DNA of 64,000 nucleotides from NCBI RefSeq assembly GCF_009914755.1, contig NC_060932.1, one strand, 5' to 3'. The first letter of the stretch is position 1, and each line of letters opens with the position of its first letter. Positions 26,361-42,470 of the stretch are shown here, piece by piece. The position numbers and the translations under genes are program-made. This DNA is from the human T2T-CHM13v2.0 reference genome, Homo sapiens. Under the pieces are notes generated by a model. The model worked only from the letters and a program-made list of their open reading frames with translations, made no database searches and had not been told where the DNA came from.

Positions 26361-28045
26361 TTGTTTCTGTGCTGATAAAATACAGTTGAATCTCTTGATA
26401 AGGTTTTATATACAGAGAAGTTTTTTTTCTGTTTGAATGGCAATATTTAAAAAAACCTCAAAATATATGTTTTTGACAAGTCTCCATAAAACATTATTCA
26501 AACACTTTCCATATATATTAAGTATCACCTAACCCATGAATCCCCAAAACAAATGATGGCAACATAGGATAGTCTTATTAACTTTATTCAGCAGATTAGG
26601 AAAAGGAGGCACTGGGTGGCAGTTTTCCAAATATCACAAATCTCATTGGTGGTCCTGAATGACTGGAGGGAGGTGGAAACAACTCAGGAGGCGCAGAACT
26701 GCTGTGGCAGAAAGACAGATTGACATTGCAGGACATGTTTACTGGTTGAAATGAGTAAACAATTTGTGGTCCTATCTCTCACCTACAAAAGAGAGGAGGG
26801 AAAATAATCATTCCGTTTTCTAATAATGGATCACAGAATTCACCTTTCTCCAAAAAATACTTAGTAGCTTTATTGAAATATAATAGACAATAAATTGCAC
26901 ATATTTAAAGTGTATGATGTGCTAAGTGTTGGCATGTGTATACCCTTGTGAAGCCACCATCAAAACCACATCACAAGCTTCCTCATCCCCCTTCTTATCC
27001 TTCCTTTTCTTCCCCACACTCCCACTGCTGGGGACTCACGGACCTACTTTCTGTCAATATAAATAGTGCAGCATAATTGTGTTGATATATGCTTCATATA
27101 TTAATAGTCATTTCTATTGTTAAGTAGTATTCCATTGTATGAATATACTACCAGTTGATGGGCACTTGAATTACATATGGTTTGGGGCTCAAAAATAAAC
27201 TTGCTACATACTGATTATTTTTGTTTATTTATCCAACCAATTGTTTAGAGAGAGATGTTAAAAATATCTGACTATATTTGTGAATTTGTCTATTTTTCCA
27301 TAGTCTCTCAGTTTTTGTTTCATGTTTTGAAGCTCTCATATTAGCTATGTAACAATTTAGGGTCATTATGTCTTATTTATAAATCTATCATTTTATTATT
27401 ATACTATGACCCCTTTTGGAGCTGGTAACATTTATTGCTCTGAAATTTACTTTGCTGATATTAACATAGTCAGTCTAGGTTTCTTTGGATTAGGGTGATA
27501 TGTGGGGTTTTTTCCTTTTACTTTTAACTTATTTATCATCTAAAATGGCTCTCCTGTAGAAAGCACACAGCTACGTCTTAGCTTTTGATTCAAACTACAA
27601 TTTCTGCCTTATAATTGGTATTTGGAACATTTAAATGTAATGTGATTATTGATAAGATCTTGCTATTTGTTTTCTCTTTCTCCATTTTGTTCTTTGTTTA
27701 TATCTTCCTCTCGATCTACCTTTTTTGAGTTAATTCAATGTTTCTGATTTCTTTTTTTGATTTGATTTCATTGACTTATTAACTATATATTAACTATATT
27801 AACTACATAACTTATTGTTTTGTTTTGATTGTAAGTTTAGAGTTTATAATATATATCTTTAATTTATCACCATCTGCCTTTAAGTGATAGCATACTATTT
27901 CACATATTATATAACAATCTTATAATAATATATACTTCCATTTCTTTCCTTTTGACCTTTATGGCATTATTTTTCATTTTCTGAAGTTCTGCATGATTTT
28001 ACACTACCACCAACAATACGCAAGTAATCAATTTTCTTTGCATCC

Positions 28046-28408
28046 TGATATGGTTTGGCTCTGTCCCTACCCAAATCTCATGTTGAATTGAGGCTCCCAT
28101 AATCCCTACATGTCATGGGAAGGACCCAGTGGGAGGTAACTGACTCATGGGGGTGGGTTTTTCCCACTCTGTTCTCATGATAGTGAATAAGTCTCACGAG
28201 ATCTGATGGTTTTGTAAAGGGCAGTTCCCCTGCACATGCTCCCGTGCCTGCCGCCATGTAAGATGAGATATTGCTCCTCCTTTGCCTTCCACCATGATTG
28301 TGAGGCCTCTCCAGCCATGTGGAACTGTGAATCCATTAAACTTCTTTTTCTTTATAAATTACCCAGTCTCGGGTATTTCTTTATTACGTATAAAAATGGG
28401 GTAATACA
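28046..28408 (+). mobile_element. THE1 (THE1C-like) solo LTR
   Basis: tgatatggtttggctctgtcc...gtgaataagtctcacgagatctgatgg...taataca; 5-bp TSD catcc (28041-28045) / catct (28409-28413). Confidence 0.95.
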
Positions 28409-28865
28409 CATCTTCACAAGTGTTTTGTGTTGTCACCATTTAAATTTTAGTTACAATTTGAAGCAATATCTAATTTTTTTATTTAAGGAAACTCAATATG
28501 AGAAGAAAAGTTTATTGTATTTACCGTTATCTTTATTCTTTCCGTTATTCTTTCCCCACTCCCAATGTTTCAAAATTTCTTTTAATCATTCACTTTCTCT
28601 TTGAAGAACGTTAGCAGTTCTTATAGGATAGGTATTCTGATGACGAATTCTGTTAATTTTACTTCATCTCAGAATGATTGATTTCCCCATCATTCCTGAA
28701 GGATATTTTCACTGGGTATGAATTATGGGTTTAGAGTTCTTTTCTTTCAGTATTGGAATCTCACTGTAGTAGTTTTTTCTGGCCTCTCTGTTTTCAGATG
28801 AGAAACATGCTGTCACTCGAATTGCTCCCTTTAGAGGTAAAGTGTTATTTCTTTCTTACTACTTT

Positions 28866-29286
<421 letters not shown>

Positions 29287-30268
29287 TGAATTTGCAGGTA
29301 AGTGGTTTTCACCAACTTGAAAAACTTTTATCCGTTATTTCTTTGAACACTTGCCCTAACCGATTCACTTTGGGGACTCTGATGAAACAAATATTAGACA
29401 TTTTGTTATGGTTCAACAGGTCCAGAAAGTTCTGCTCATTTCTTTTTCCTGCCTATTTTATTTCTCTTGTTCAAATATGGTTATTTCTATAGTTCTCTCT
29501 TTAGATTTTGTGATACTTTTTTCTATCCTTTTCATTCTGCTGTTGAGTCCATCTATTGAGGCATATTCAAATATTTTTGATTATAGCAAATTTCAGTTAT
29601 AAAAATTCCATTTTCTTATTTTTTTACTCCATTTCTTTACTGCAAATTTCTGTTTCTTCATTCTGATTTTTTATTTTCTAATTTGTTTCAAGCTTTTTAG
29701 TAATTCCTTGTTGAAGCATTTATATGATGGCTGAGTTAAAATCATTGTCTGATCCTCATCTGTATCATCTTGGTATTGGCATCTGTTGAGTATCTTCTGT
29801 TATTCAAACTGAGATATTTCTGGTTTGTGGTATGACAAGTGGTTTTTAATGGGGACCTGGATATTGGAATATTATGTTATGGCATTCTGGGTCAGTTAAA
29901 CCTGCTTCATTGGCTTTGTCAGACACTGCCCTGGATGGAAGGTGGGCACTGCCTCATGACTGCCAGGTGGGGTAGTAGTTCAAGTTCCCACTAGATTCTG
30001 TTGACATCCATGTGTCAACCTTTTTACTGCTGGTTGGGGGTGTAAGCTCTGGGTTTCCTACAGGCTTTCACTAATGCTACCCTTTGGTAGGAGTGCTCCT
30101 TGTTACTTCTCTCCATGTGGCATCCACCAACAGCCGAAGGGGGAGGTGGTCTCAATACCTCTCTGCAATGGTGAAAATCCTGACTCCACTTGGCTTCCTC
30201 TGACACCACCCCTTGGGGAGGGGAGAGGCTTCTTATGGCAAAAGGTGGAGGTGAAAGTTCACACTACT

Positions 30269-30791
30269 TGATATGGTTTGGCTCTGTGTCCCCACCCAAA
30301 TCTCATGTTGAACTGTGATCCCGAGTGTTGGAGGTAGGACCTGGTGGGAAGTTATTGGATCATGGGGGCTGTTTCCAGTGGTTTAGCACCATCCCCCTAG
30401 GGCTCTCTTGTGATGGACTTCTCATGAGATCTGCTTGTTTAAACACATTTATGTTTAATGTTCCATTATTGGAACACTGAGCATGTTGGAGTTATTTATA
30501 TCCTACTGCTCAAGGCCATTGCCAAGGTCTGATTTTTTTCAAACTCAAAAAATTGCAACCTCAGGAGTAAATGGGTTAAAAGTGTATAGCATCTCTCCCC
30601 TCTTTCCTGCTCTGCCGTGGTAAGATGTGGTTGCTTCCCCTTTACCTCCTGCCATGATTGTAAGTTCTCTGAGGCCTCCCAGCCATGCTTCCTGTACAGC
30701 CTGTGGAACTGTCAGTCAGTTAAACCTATCTTCTTTATAAACTACCCAGTCTCGGTAGTTATTTATAGCAGTGTGAGAATGGACTAATACA
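30269..30791 (+). mobile_element. MSTA-like MaLR solo LTR (interrupted by MER85)
   Basis: tgatatggtttggctctgtgtccccacccaaatctc...ggtttagcaccatcccc...gcttcctgtacagcctgtggaactg...ggactaataca. Confidence 0.93.
30443..30575 (+). mobile_element. MER85 piggyBac-derived MITE
   Basis: catttatg...gttccattattggaac...gagttatttatatcctactgctcaagg...gccaaggtctgatt...aaaaaattgcaacctcagg...aaatggg, flanked by TTAA (30439-30442, 30576-30579). Confidence 0.93.
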
Positions 30792-31004
30792 CTAGCCACG
30801 TGATCTCCACTAACACCATGGGGCTGGGGCCTGTTGTACCCAGCAGGGATGAAAGTTCCGACTCCTTCCTAGGCCCTCCTTGAGACCACCTTAGCAGGGG
30901 AGTTGGGACACTTATACTTTTAAAAAAGTTAACTTAATTGCTACTATTTCTAAATTAGATTATATTGAAATGCATAGAAAATAAATACTAAACATCTCTT
31001 CCCT

Positions 31005-31175
31005 TACAGCAATCAACCATGGCCTGTGTTTGCACAGCTTCACAGAATAAAAATGACCTTTACATGTTTGAAGGTATTTTTTAAGAATATGCAACAGAGG
31101 CCTTTGTTGCCTGCAAAGCCTACAATATTTACTGTTTATTCTCTTATCATTCACAAGGAAATGTTTGCCCTGTTG
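31005..31175 (+). mobile_element. MER58-like hAT-Charlie MITE remnant
   Basis: gcctgtgtttgcacagc...aaaatgacctttacat...gcctgcaaagcctacaatatttactgt...gtttgccc. Confidence 0.65.
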
Positions 31176-32624
31176 CCTTGGAGGAGAAGAAAACAAATAT
31201 GCAAATAAACAAGAACAAAACATCAAAACATACCTACATGCAAATATCATGAAAATATCATGATGCTTCATTTCTAGTCTTAATTATAGCTCTATAGTGT
31301 GTGAGAAAAGTAAATAAAGGCCACAATGCAAGACTCTAAGTTCTCTTATTTGTTGATTCTAATAGTCAAAGGCAAGTGGGCACAAACAATGCATTAAAAG
31401 TTCAAGCCTATTGACCTGGGAGCAGAATAAATAGGAGTAAGTCCAATTTGTCTTTCTACCTGCTCCTTCCATGAACTGAGCCATTGACATTCACCCCACT
31501 TCCCAGCCCTCCTTCCCATTCTCCTGTGATGTATTAGGATCTGCAGATCCCTGTCTCCATGTCCACTTTAAAAGAACTCAAACTAAGACACCCATATTCC
31601 TTTATTCAGACCTGGCAAGTAAAGAACAACTAAAGTCACAGTTTTGCAGCCTCAGACAGCAGTTTGTATTAAATGTTATTAATTCAGTGTCTGGAAAATA
31701 GCAATTGTTGATGCAGGTGCTTTAACAACCTAATCGCTGAGATGTCCATTACATCTTGTTATATGAAGACAGGTTAGCACATATTTATATGTTATTACCA
31801 GAACATTTGATTTGTCTACAGTTATAAGGTCTCTTTGCACATTAAAATTGATTTTCTGTCTAGTTCTGTCTCATGGAAAGGGAACAGGACTATGCTTAAT
31901 AAATAAGCATTTAAAAATAGTTCTAAAGGACTTATAATCTTGAGCCTATATATTTGATTGTTGAAGACCTACTTATGAGGAAGTTTCTCATAAATTAAAA
32001 AAAGAGAAACACTTAGCAAAAGTTACAAGTTATGCTCCTGAAACTCCTTGGTGAAAAATAACTCGATAATTATTTGGACCTAATTTGCTTGGTTCATAAA
32101 AAGGAACTAAGGAATTTCTCTAAATCATTATAAATCATATGACATTTCCAGTTCCTTAAATATACTAAAATTAAGATGATATGATTCTAACAGGTTCATG
32201 TTAAAACAGAAAATTTTGAAAATTGAAGTTGCATTACTACAACCCTATAGGGAACCAACAGGAGGGTGTCAATAGATGGTTAGTAATGTACTGACTCATT
32301 TGCCACTGGTGCATCTCTGTGTGTTCACTGGCTCGTTTACTCAGAGAAGAGACTAAGCGTGCTTGGTGTGATCCATTCTCTGTCTCTCCCTCCCTCCTTT
32401 TCTTGCCTCGAGTGTTATCTCTGCTTTGTTAGCATCAATGCTATAAGCAGCATGTCCCTGCAGTGAAAGTCCACAACTTTCTATTCATGTCAGGGACTCG
32501 GGGAGGGTTGTGGGCCTGAGTCAAACTCAGAGTTTGAGGAAGCCCACTGAGGACACAATTCTCAGCAAGGTTCCAAAATCATCCTTAACAATAAAACTGA
32601 CTCTTTTCTCTCAATCTAGAAGGT

Positions 32625-32990
32625 CTGCTGCAGACTAGATGTTATGTCCTTTACAAATTCATATGTTGAAATTTCACCCTAATGGTGATGGTGTTAGGGC
32701 ATGGAGCTGGTGGGAGGAAATTAGGTCATGAAGGCAGAGCCATCATGGATGGGATTAGTGCCCTTATAAAATAAACTCCAGAGAGACCCCTTGCCCTTCC
32801 TACCATGTGAGGACACAACTAGAAGATGGCTGTCAGTGTCCCAGGAAGCTGCCCTCACCAGACACTGAATTGGCTGGCACTTCAGCCTTGGACTTCCCAG
32901 CCTCTGGAAATGTGAGAAATACATTTTTGTTGTTTACAAGACATGCAGTCTAGGATATTTTTGTTATAGCAGCCCAAACAAGCTAAGACA
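32625..32990 (+). mobile_element. MLT1A-type MaLR solo LTR
   Basis: aaattcatatgttgaaat...atgggattagtgcccttataa...ccatgtgaggacaca...ttggacttcccagcctc...gttatagcagccc...ctaagaca. Confidence 0.9.
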
Positions 32991-33551
32991 TGATACCAGT
33001 ATCTAATTTTCCACTGACTTCTGAATTTGCTATTGAAGAGGACAGGAGAATATTATTTATTGGCTCACTGAAATCGCAAGAGGATATAAATAGATTTTAA
33101 GAATTCACACAGACATAAGAAACTATGCATAGTGATCATCAATTTTACAGGGGAAAACAAATAATTATATTTTAAAATTTTTCTTGTATTTTTTCCTTCT
33201 CTATAATGCCTTCTTTTGTCCTTCTCAATGCTGTTTCTTATTCTTCCTTAAATGTACTTGCTGATAAACTCTCCTAGGTCTACTATAGGGCAACACATGT
33301 TCTTATGATTTGTAATGTTTAGGGAGGGGAGGTTTGTAGAGGCGGGGATGCAGTCAGGAACCAGATTTTATTGATGTACTCTACATTTTGGAAGACAAGA
33401 TGAGGCAAAGAATCTTGAGTGGATGTAAGAACTGAAAAGACCCGGGCCTAAAATCAACCTCCAAAATATGCTAGTGGTGTTACCTCAGATTGCTCAAGTT
33501 TTCCCATCCCTTTCCAGTGATTCAGAGCTAACATCTCAATATACCAAACTG

Positions 33552-33732
33552 ATTAAATGCTTAACCTTTAAAGTCAAACAGACCTGGGTTTGAAATTAAC
33601 AATGCTAATTATGAGCTGAGTCATTCAGGCAAAAATTATAGGTAATTAACCTCTCTGTGTCTTAGTTTCTTTTCTGTTATATAATAGATCTTTTACTGGG
33701 CCTGGCACATATAAAGCATTCAATATATTTTA
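33552..33732 (+). mobile_element. MIR
   Basis: agtcaaacagacctgggtttgaaa...taacctctctgtgtcttagtttc...gcctggcacatataaagcattcaata. Confidence 0.8.
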
Positions 33733-34571
33733 AGTGATAGAATGGTGATTTTTAATTCACATCATTAGGTTTCTCTTAAGTCTGACTCCAATATTTTAAA
33801 AATTCAAATAATTTTATAGACTAAAATTTGGAGAAGTCATGGGAAAGCAAGAAAAGGCAATTATATGTATAAAAAATTATAATTGGGAAAATGACATTTG
33901 CAAAGCTAATTTCCCTCAGAACTAATTTTACTGCAGTTTAGAAAACCAAAAGTAAACTTAAATTATGCATATGCAAAAAATTGGCTTGAACTCAATATGA
34001 AATATAATAAAAAGTTACTGCTATAATTAGAATAATGTTTTATCTTTGTTTTCAATCGATTTGGTATTTCATCTTTCTCAGATAACTTATAATTTTGCCA
34101 AAGTGTTAAGAAGTTATAAAAATACAGTGTAACAAGAACTTTCCATGTTGACATAATTGCCCTGAGCAGATACTGTGCCCATGAAGAAGTAACTTATCAT
34201 AATTTACAAAGAAATAGGAGTGCCGCTTTGCAAATACATTGACACTTTTTTTTTTTTGCATTCAAATACCCCCTTTTTCAGTGATTATTTTCTATTGCTT
34301 AGGTAACTTTGTTTTTCACTCTGATAATATGTAAGGGTTATTTCTTTCTTTTCTTTTTTCTTTCTTTCTTTCTTTCTTTTTTTTTTTTTTTTTTTTTGAT
34401 ATGTTGTCTTGCTCTCTTGCTTAGGCTGGAGTGCAGTGGCATGATCACAGCTCACTGGAAATCTCGACCTCCCTGGCTCAGGTGATCCCCCTAACCCAGA
34501 CTCCCAAGTAGCTGGGACTATAGTCATATGACATGATGCCCAGCTAATTTTTGAGTTTTTTGTCTAGATGG

Positions 34572-36529
<1,958 letters not shown>

Positions 36530-36582
36530 GACTGGTTTTGTCATTCTGCAAAGGCTGGTCATGAACCCCTGTGTTCCAGCTA

Positions 36583-37005
<423 letters not shown>

Positions 37006-37689
37006 TAAAGGAAGTAGGCACACATCAAACCTACAAATCAATTAAAATCATGCAAAGAAAATACTATTATGCACAGTAATTGAACTAATAGGAGTTCTGT
37101 TACATCTCCTGGTAATACATATGAACTGTAATAAAAATTAGTTTCTAAAATCCATTTAACCTTACATCAAGGAAGTTTGTATGAAATTATGTATACTTCA
37201 AGGAAATCATTATTTTATAAACTGCAAAGTGAATATGTATATGGACATTTCAAAACTATGACTTGGTATATGAATCAAGTGTTACATATGTTATTTTAAC
37301 TTATTAGTATTATTTATGTGATATTTTATTATGATGGAAGCAATACGTTAAAAGTCTAGCTAATATTGAAAACACAAGCAAATAAATTATATTAATACGA
37401 ACTACCTAAAGAAGTTATTTAAGAGCAAATATTTACTGATTTACTAATAAATTTAGATTTTTTACTATAAGTAGTTTTTTATTTGTAAGAAACTATAGAA
37501 AAGTATTAATAAATATTTTAATATATTATTTTAAACCTAGAATTATGTCTTACCATACACTAGAAATCAGCTTTGTCATTATTCTAAGGATTGTGCTTTA
37601 AAAGCTAGTAAAATGTATGAATTTTATTAACTTCTTTCATTCTGAAAGTTAAATGTATATTTGTGAATTATAACAAATATATTGTATAC

Positions 37690-38790
37690 TTTTAGTTGTA
37701 GTAAAATATATATAACCAAATTTACCATCTTAATCATTTTTAAGTCTACAGTTTGTAGTGTTAAGTACATTAATATTGCTTCACACCCACTCTCCTAAAC
37801 TTTTCATCTTAAAGTTAAAACTCTACTCATGAAACGACAACTCCCCATTCCTTCCTCCCTCTCTGTAGCCCCTGGCAACCACCATTCTACTTTCTGTCTC
37901 CATAAATTTGACTTCTCTAGGCACCTCATGGAAGTGGAATCATAAAGTATTTGTCTTTTTGTGATTGACTTATTTCATTTAGCATAATGTCCTCAAGGTT
38001 CATTCACATTGTAGCATCTATCAGATTTTCCATCTTTTTCAGACTCAAAAAGTGCCCCACTTTATGGATTCTGACATTTTGCTTTTTCATTCATTTCATT
38101 TCATCCATAGATGGAAGCTTGTGATCATGGGTGTACTAACATTACTTTGAGCCCTGCTTTCAATTATTTTGGGTATATATCCACAAATGAAAAAGCTGGA
38201 TCACATCATAATTCTGTTTTCCATTTTGTGAGAAACAACCATATTGTTTTCCCTAGCGTATGCACCATTTTACATACCCATCAACAGTGCACACATGTTC
38301 TAATTTCTCCACATCTTTGTCAAAATGGGTTACTTTCTATTTTTTAAATAGTAGCCATCCTAGAGATGGTATCTCATTGAGGTTTTAATTTGCATTTTTC
38401 TAATTAGGGGTGTTGAGCATCTTTTCACATGCTTGTTGATCATCTGTATGTCTTCTTTGGTGAAATATTTATTCAACTTCTTTGCCAGTTTTTGAATTGG
38501 GTTGTTTGGGTTTTTGTTTTTTTTTTTTTGTATCATTGAGTTGTAGGAGTTCTTTTTACGTTTTAGATGTTTACCTTTTATCCACCGTGTGATGTACAAA
38601 TATTTACTCTCATTCTGTTGGCTGCCTTATCATTCTGTTGATTGTATTCTTTGATTCACAGACATTTTTTAATTTTATGTAAACCAATTTACCTATTTTT
38701 CTCTGTTGCTTGTGCTTTTGGTGTTGCATCCAATAAACCGTTACCAAATCTAATGTATGAAACTTTTCACTTTTGTTGTCTTCTAATAGG
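37690..38790 (-). mobile_element. L1MB-like 3' end
   Basis: aaatttaccatcttaatcatttttaagt...cccctggcaaccaccattctactttctgtctc...; antisense ORF ends [12 protein letters not shown]. Confidence 0.88.
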
Positions 38791-38794
38791 TTTA

Positions 38795-39352
38795 GCCATT
38801 TATGACCAACACACAGCTATCACCATACTCGATGATAGGACACTGAAACCTTTTCCCGTAAGATCAGAAAGAACAAGACAAGGATGCCCACTTTTGCCAC
38901 TTCTATCTAACACAGTACAGGAACCCAGAGAAGTTAGTCAAGAAAAGGAAACAAAAGGCATTCAAAGCAAAAAGGAGGGTGAAAATCTTTTTTCTGTTTG
39001 CATATGACATGATTGTATATGTGGAAAATCCTAAATAATCTAATAAAACATTGTTTTAACTGAAAGAAATTAAGCAAAGTTTCAGGGTACAAAATCAACA
39101 AGCAAAAATCAGTTTTTTCAATACTATTCTAATTCATCAACAGATTCAATACAATCCATATCAAAATCCCAAAACGATCCATGTCAAAATTCGGAAGGTA
39201 TTTTTTTTTTGCAGATATAGAAAAACATCCTAAAATTCACATGGAATCTCAAGAGATTCCGAATAGCCAGAACAATCATGAAAATTCAAAGCAAATTTAG
39301 AAGACTTATACTCTCTGATTTTAATATTTATTTCAAATCTACCAGAATCAAA
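38795..39352 (+). mobile_element. L1 ORF2 (RT) fragment in opposite orientation to its neighbours
   Basis: IYDQHTA...RTRQGCPLLPLL...QEKETKGIQ; cctaaaattcacatggaatctcaagaga. Confidence 0.85.
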
Positions 39353-39354
39353 AT

Positions 39355-42300
39355 ATTTCTATAGTTTTATATTCTCTATTTCACTTGCTTCTCTCCTAAT
39401 ATTTATTATCCCCCTTCTTTTGCTAACTGTAGATTTAATTTGTCTTCTTTTTCTTGTTCCCTGAATAAGGTTTTTAATTTGAGATTTCAAAATTTATTTT
39501 TAGTGTTAGCTTTTGCAGCTGTATATTTTCCCTGGTGCTGCTTTCACAGTGTTCCATGTGTTTTAGAATGTTATATTTTGCTCTCATCTGCCTCAAGGTA
39601 TTTTCTAGTTTCCCATGTGATATCTTTTCTGCCCATTGGTTGATTAAGAGTGTCTTGTTTGATTTCCATAATTTAGTAAATTTTCCAGTTCCATCGGATA
39701 CTTAGTTCTAGTTTCATCCCATTGCAAGTAGCAAAGAAACCTTGTATGATTTCATTTTTTAAAAATTTATTAAGACTTGCTTTTTGGCCCAACATTTGCT
39801 CTATCATAGAGAATGTTCTATATGTACTTGAGAAAAATGAGTATTCTGATACTGTTGTTTGAAATGTTTTGTGTATGTTTGTTAGGTCTAATTTATTTAT
39901 ACTGTTTTCAAGTCTTCTGTTTATTTATTGATCTGTCCTTTTCATTACTACATGTGAGATATTAAAATTTTCTACTATTTTATAGAGCTGTCTATCTATT
40001 TTTTTCTTTCTGTCAATGTTTCTTTCATATATTTAGGAGCTCTGATGTTGGGTGTATATATAATTGTTATATTTTCTTAGTGGCTTAATTATTTTATCAC
40101 TAAATAATGTTCTTTGTCTCCTCTAACAGTTTCTGGCTCAAAATTTATTTTGCATGACATTAGTATAGCCACCCCTGCTCTCTTTTGATGGCTATTGGCA
40201 TAGAATACCTTTTTTCATCCTTTTACTTTTAACATATGAGTGTTCCCAGATCTAAAGTGAGTCAGTTGTAGACAGCATGTAGTTAGATCCTGTGTATATA
40301 TCTATTCTGCAAATGTGCATCTTTTGATGGGGAATTTAATTCTTCTGTATTTTATGTAATTCCTTAAGGGAAAGAATTCACTCTTGTAATTCTGTTAATT
40401 GTCTTCAGTATTTCTTTGAGCTTTTTGTCCTTCATTTCTTTCCTTATTAACTTTCTTTTTGTTAACTTTTTTTAGTTAACTTTATGTAGTGATACATTAT
40501 GATTTGATTTCCTTCTCATTTCCTTTCTTGTATATTCTATAGTTATTGCTTTTTGTTACCATGGGGATTACATAAAACATTCTAAAGTTACAGCATGCTG
40601 TTTTAATCTGATAACAACTTAACTTCAATTGCATATAAAACTTTACTTCTTAACAACTTAATTTCCTCTTATTGTTGTTGATGTCAAAAATTACATTTTT
40701 ATATGTTTTGTACCCATTGCATCAATTTATGCTTTTGTCCTCTAAACCTTATGAAAGAATTAAAAGTGGTATTACAAACCAAAACTAAAATAATAAAATA
40801 TTTTTGTCATGATAATTACCTTTACCTGAGAACTTCATTTTTTTTTTGTATTGCTTTAAGTTACCCTCTGGCATTCTTTCATTTAAATTTGAAGGACTCC
40901 CTTTAGCATTTCTTGTACACTACATTTGGTAGTAATCAATTCCCTCAGCTTTTGTTTCCCTGGAAATGTCTTAGTTTTCTCTCATTTTTGAAGACCAGTG
41001 TTGCCAGACATAGTGTTCTCAGAATTTTTTTCCTTTAACTTTAAATATATTTTATATTAGTTCCCATTGTCTTTTGGCCTATAAGGTTTCTTGTAAAAAA
41101 TCATGATAATCTTATAGGGCTACCATGCACAAGGTAAGCCATTTTTCTCTTGCTACTTTGAAGTTTCTCTGTCTTAACTTTTGGCATTTTGACTATAATG
41201 TATCTCAGTGAGGGTCTTTTGGTGTTTATTTTACTTGGACTTCCATAATATACATGTTGGTTGGCTTGATGGTGTCCTATAAGTCCCCGTGGCATTTCTC
41301 AGTTCATTCTGTTCATTTCTGCTCCTTTGACTCTGTAATTTCAAATGAACTGTCTTTAAATTTGCAGATTATTTCATCTGTTTAATTCTGCTATTGAATC
41401 CCTCTAGTTAATTTTGTAATTCTGTTATTATATTTTCTCAGTTCCAGAATTTCTGTTTGATTCATTCTTATAATTTCAATATCTTTGTTGATATTATTTT
41501 GTTCATATATTGTCTTCCTGCTTTCATGTAATTCTCTTTCCCTTCTCTTTAGCTTGTTGTGCATACTTAAGACAGTTATTTTAAAGTCATTGTCAGGACC
41601 TATGTTTCTTTAGGGTTAATTTCTAGACACTAATGTTGTTCCTTTGAATGGCCATATTCGCTGTTTCTTTACATGACTTTTAATCCTTTTTTGAAAACTG
41701 CGCATGTAAAACACCAAGAGAAAAACAGAACAAAGCAACAACGGCAAAGCTAACCACTTCTCCCATCCTTTGCAGACTGGCTCCATGCAAGGGCAAATAC
41801 TCACTAATCAGCCCCATGTACACACGCATTGTTGTTTCAAGCCTTTTCTAGAAATGACTCATCACCGGGTGACAAGTCACTTTTGTTCCAGTTCATCCAT
41901 TTACACAATTGCTTTGAAATGTTTTAATTTCCTTAAGAATCTCACCCTATTTCTTCTTGGAGCCATAAGCATTTTATCGTGTTCCTCTTCCTTGATCTCT
42001 TGCCTTTAGGTGCCTGCAGGTCTCCAGTTGCCTTTCAGCTCTCTTCACCATGGCAATCACCACTGCTTTCAGTGGCCTCCAACCTGATGTCCTAACAATG
42101 CCACCATTCCAATCAACTCTCCAAGTCAGGTGACACAGAGACGAGTCTCCTGGCAGTCCCTAGACAAGCCCAAATGCTGCAAGTTCCACTTATTTCCTTC
42201 CAGATTAAGTAGGTATTGGACAACTTTCTCTTGACTGTGTCACGCTGCTCCAAGGAGTGAATGGAGCAAGGAGAAGCAAAAATACTACAAAATATTCTAC

Positions 42301-42470
42301 TATTGTTATTGTGGCTGTTTCTTTTGGCATTCACTCGGTTGATGCAACTTCTAAAGTGGTTTTTGAAGCTCTAAAGTCATTTTGGTCCATATGTCACTTT
42401 TCATTCTGTCTTACCATGGGTGAGTGAAGGTCTAGAGCTTCTTAACCTGCCATCTTTCTAGTATCACTCC
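39355..42470 (-). mobile_element. Old L1M 5' portion (EN domain, ORF1, 5' end)
   Basis: gagaatgttctatatgtacttgagaaaaatg; cattagtatagccacccctgctctctttt; minus ORF KINTKRPSLRYIIVKMPK (ORF1-like); terminal gccatctttctagt. Confidence 0.85.
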
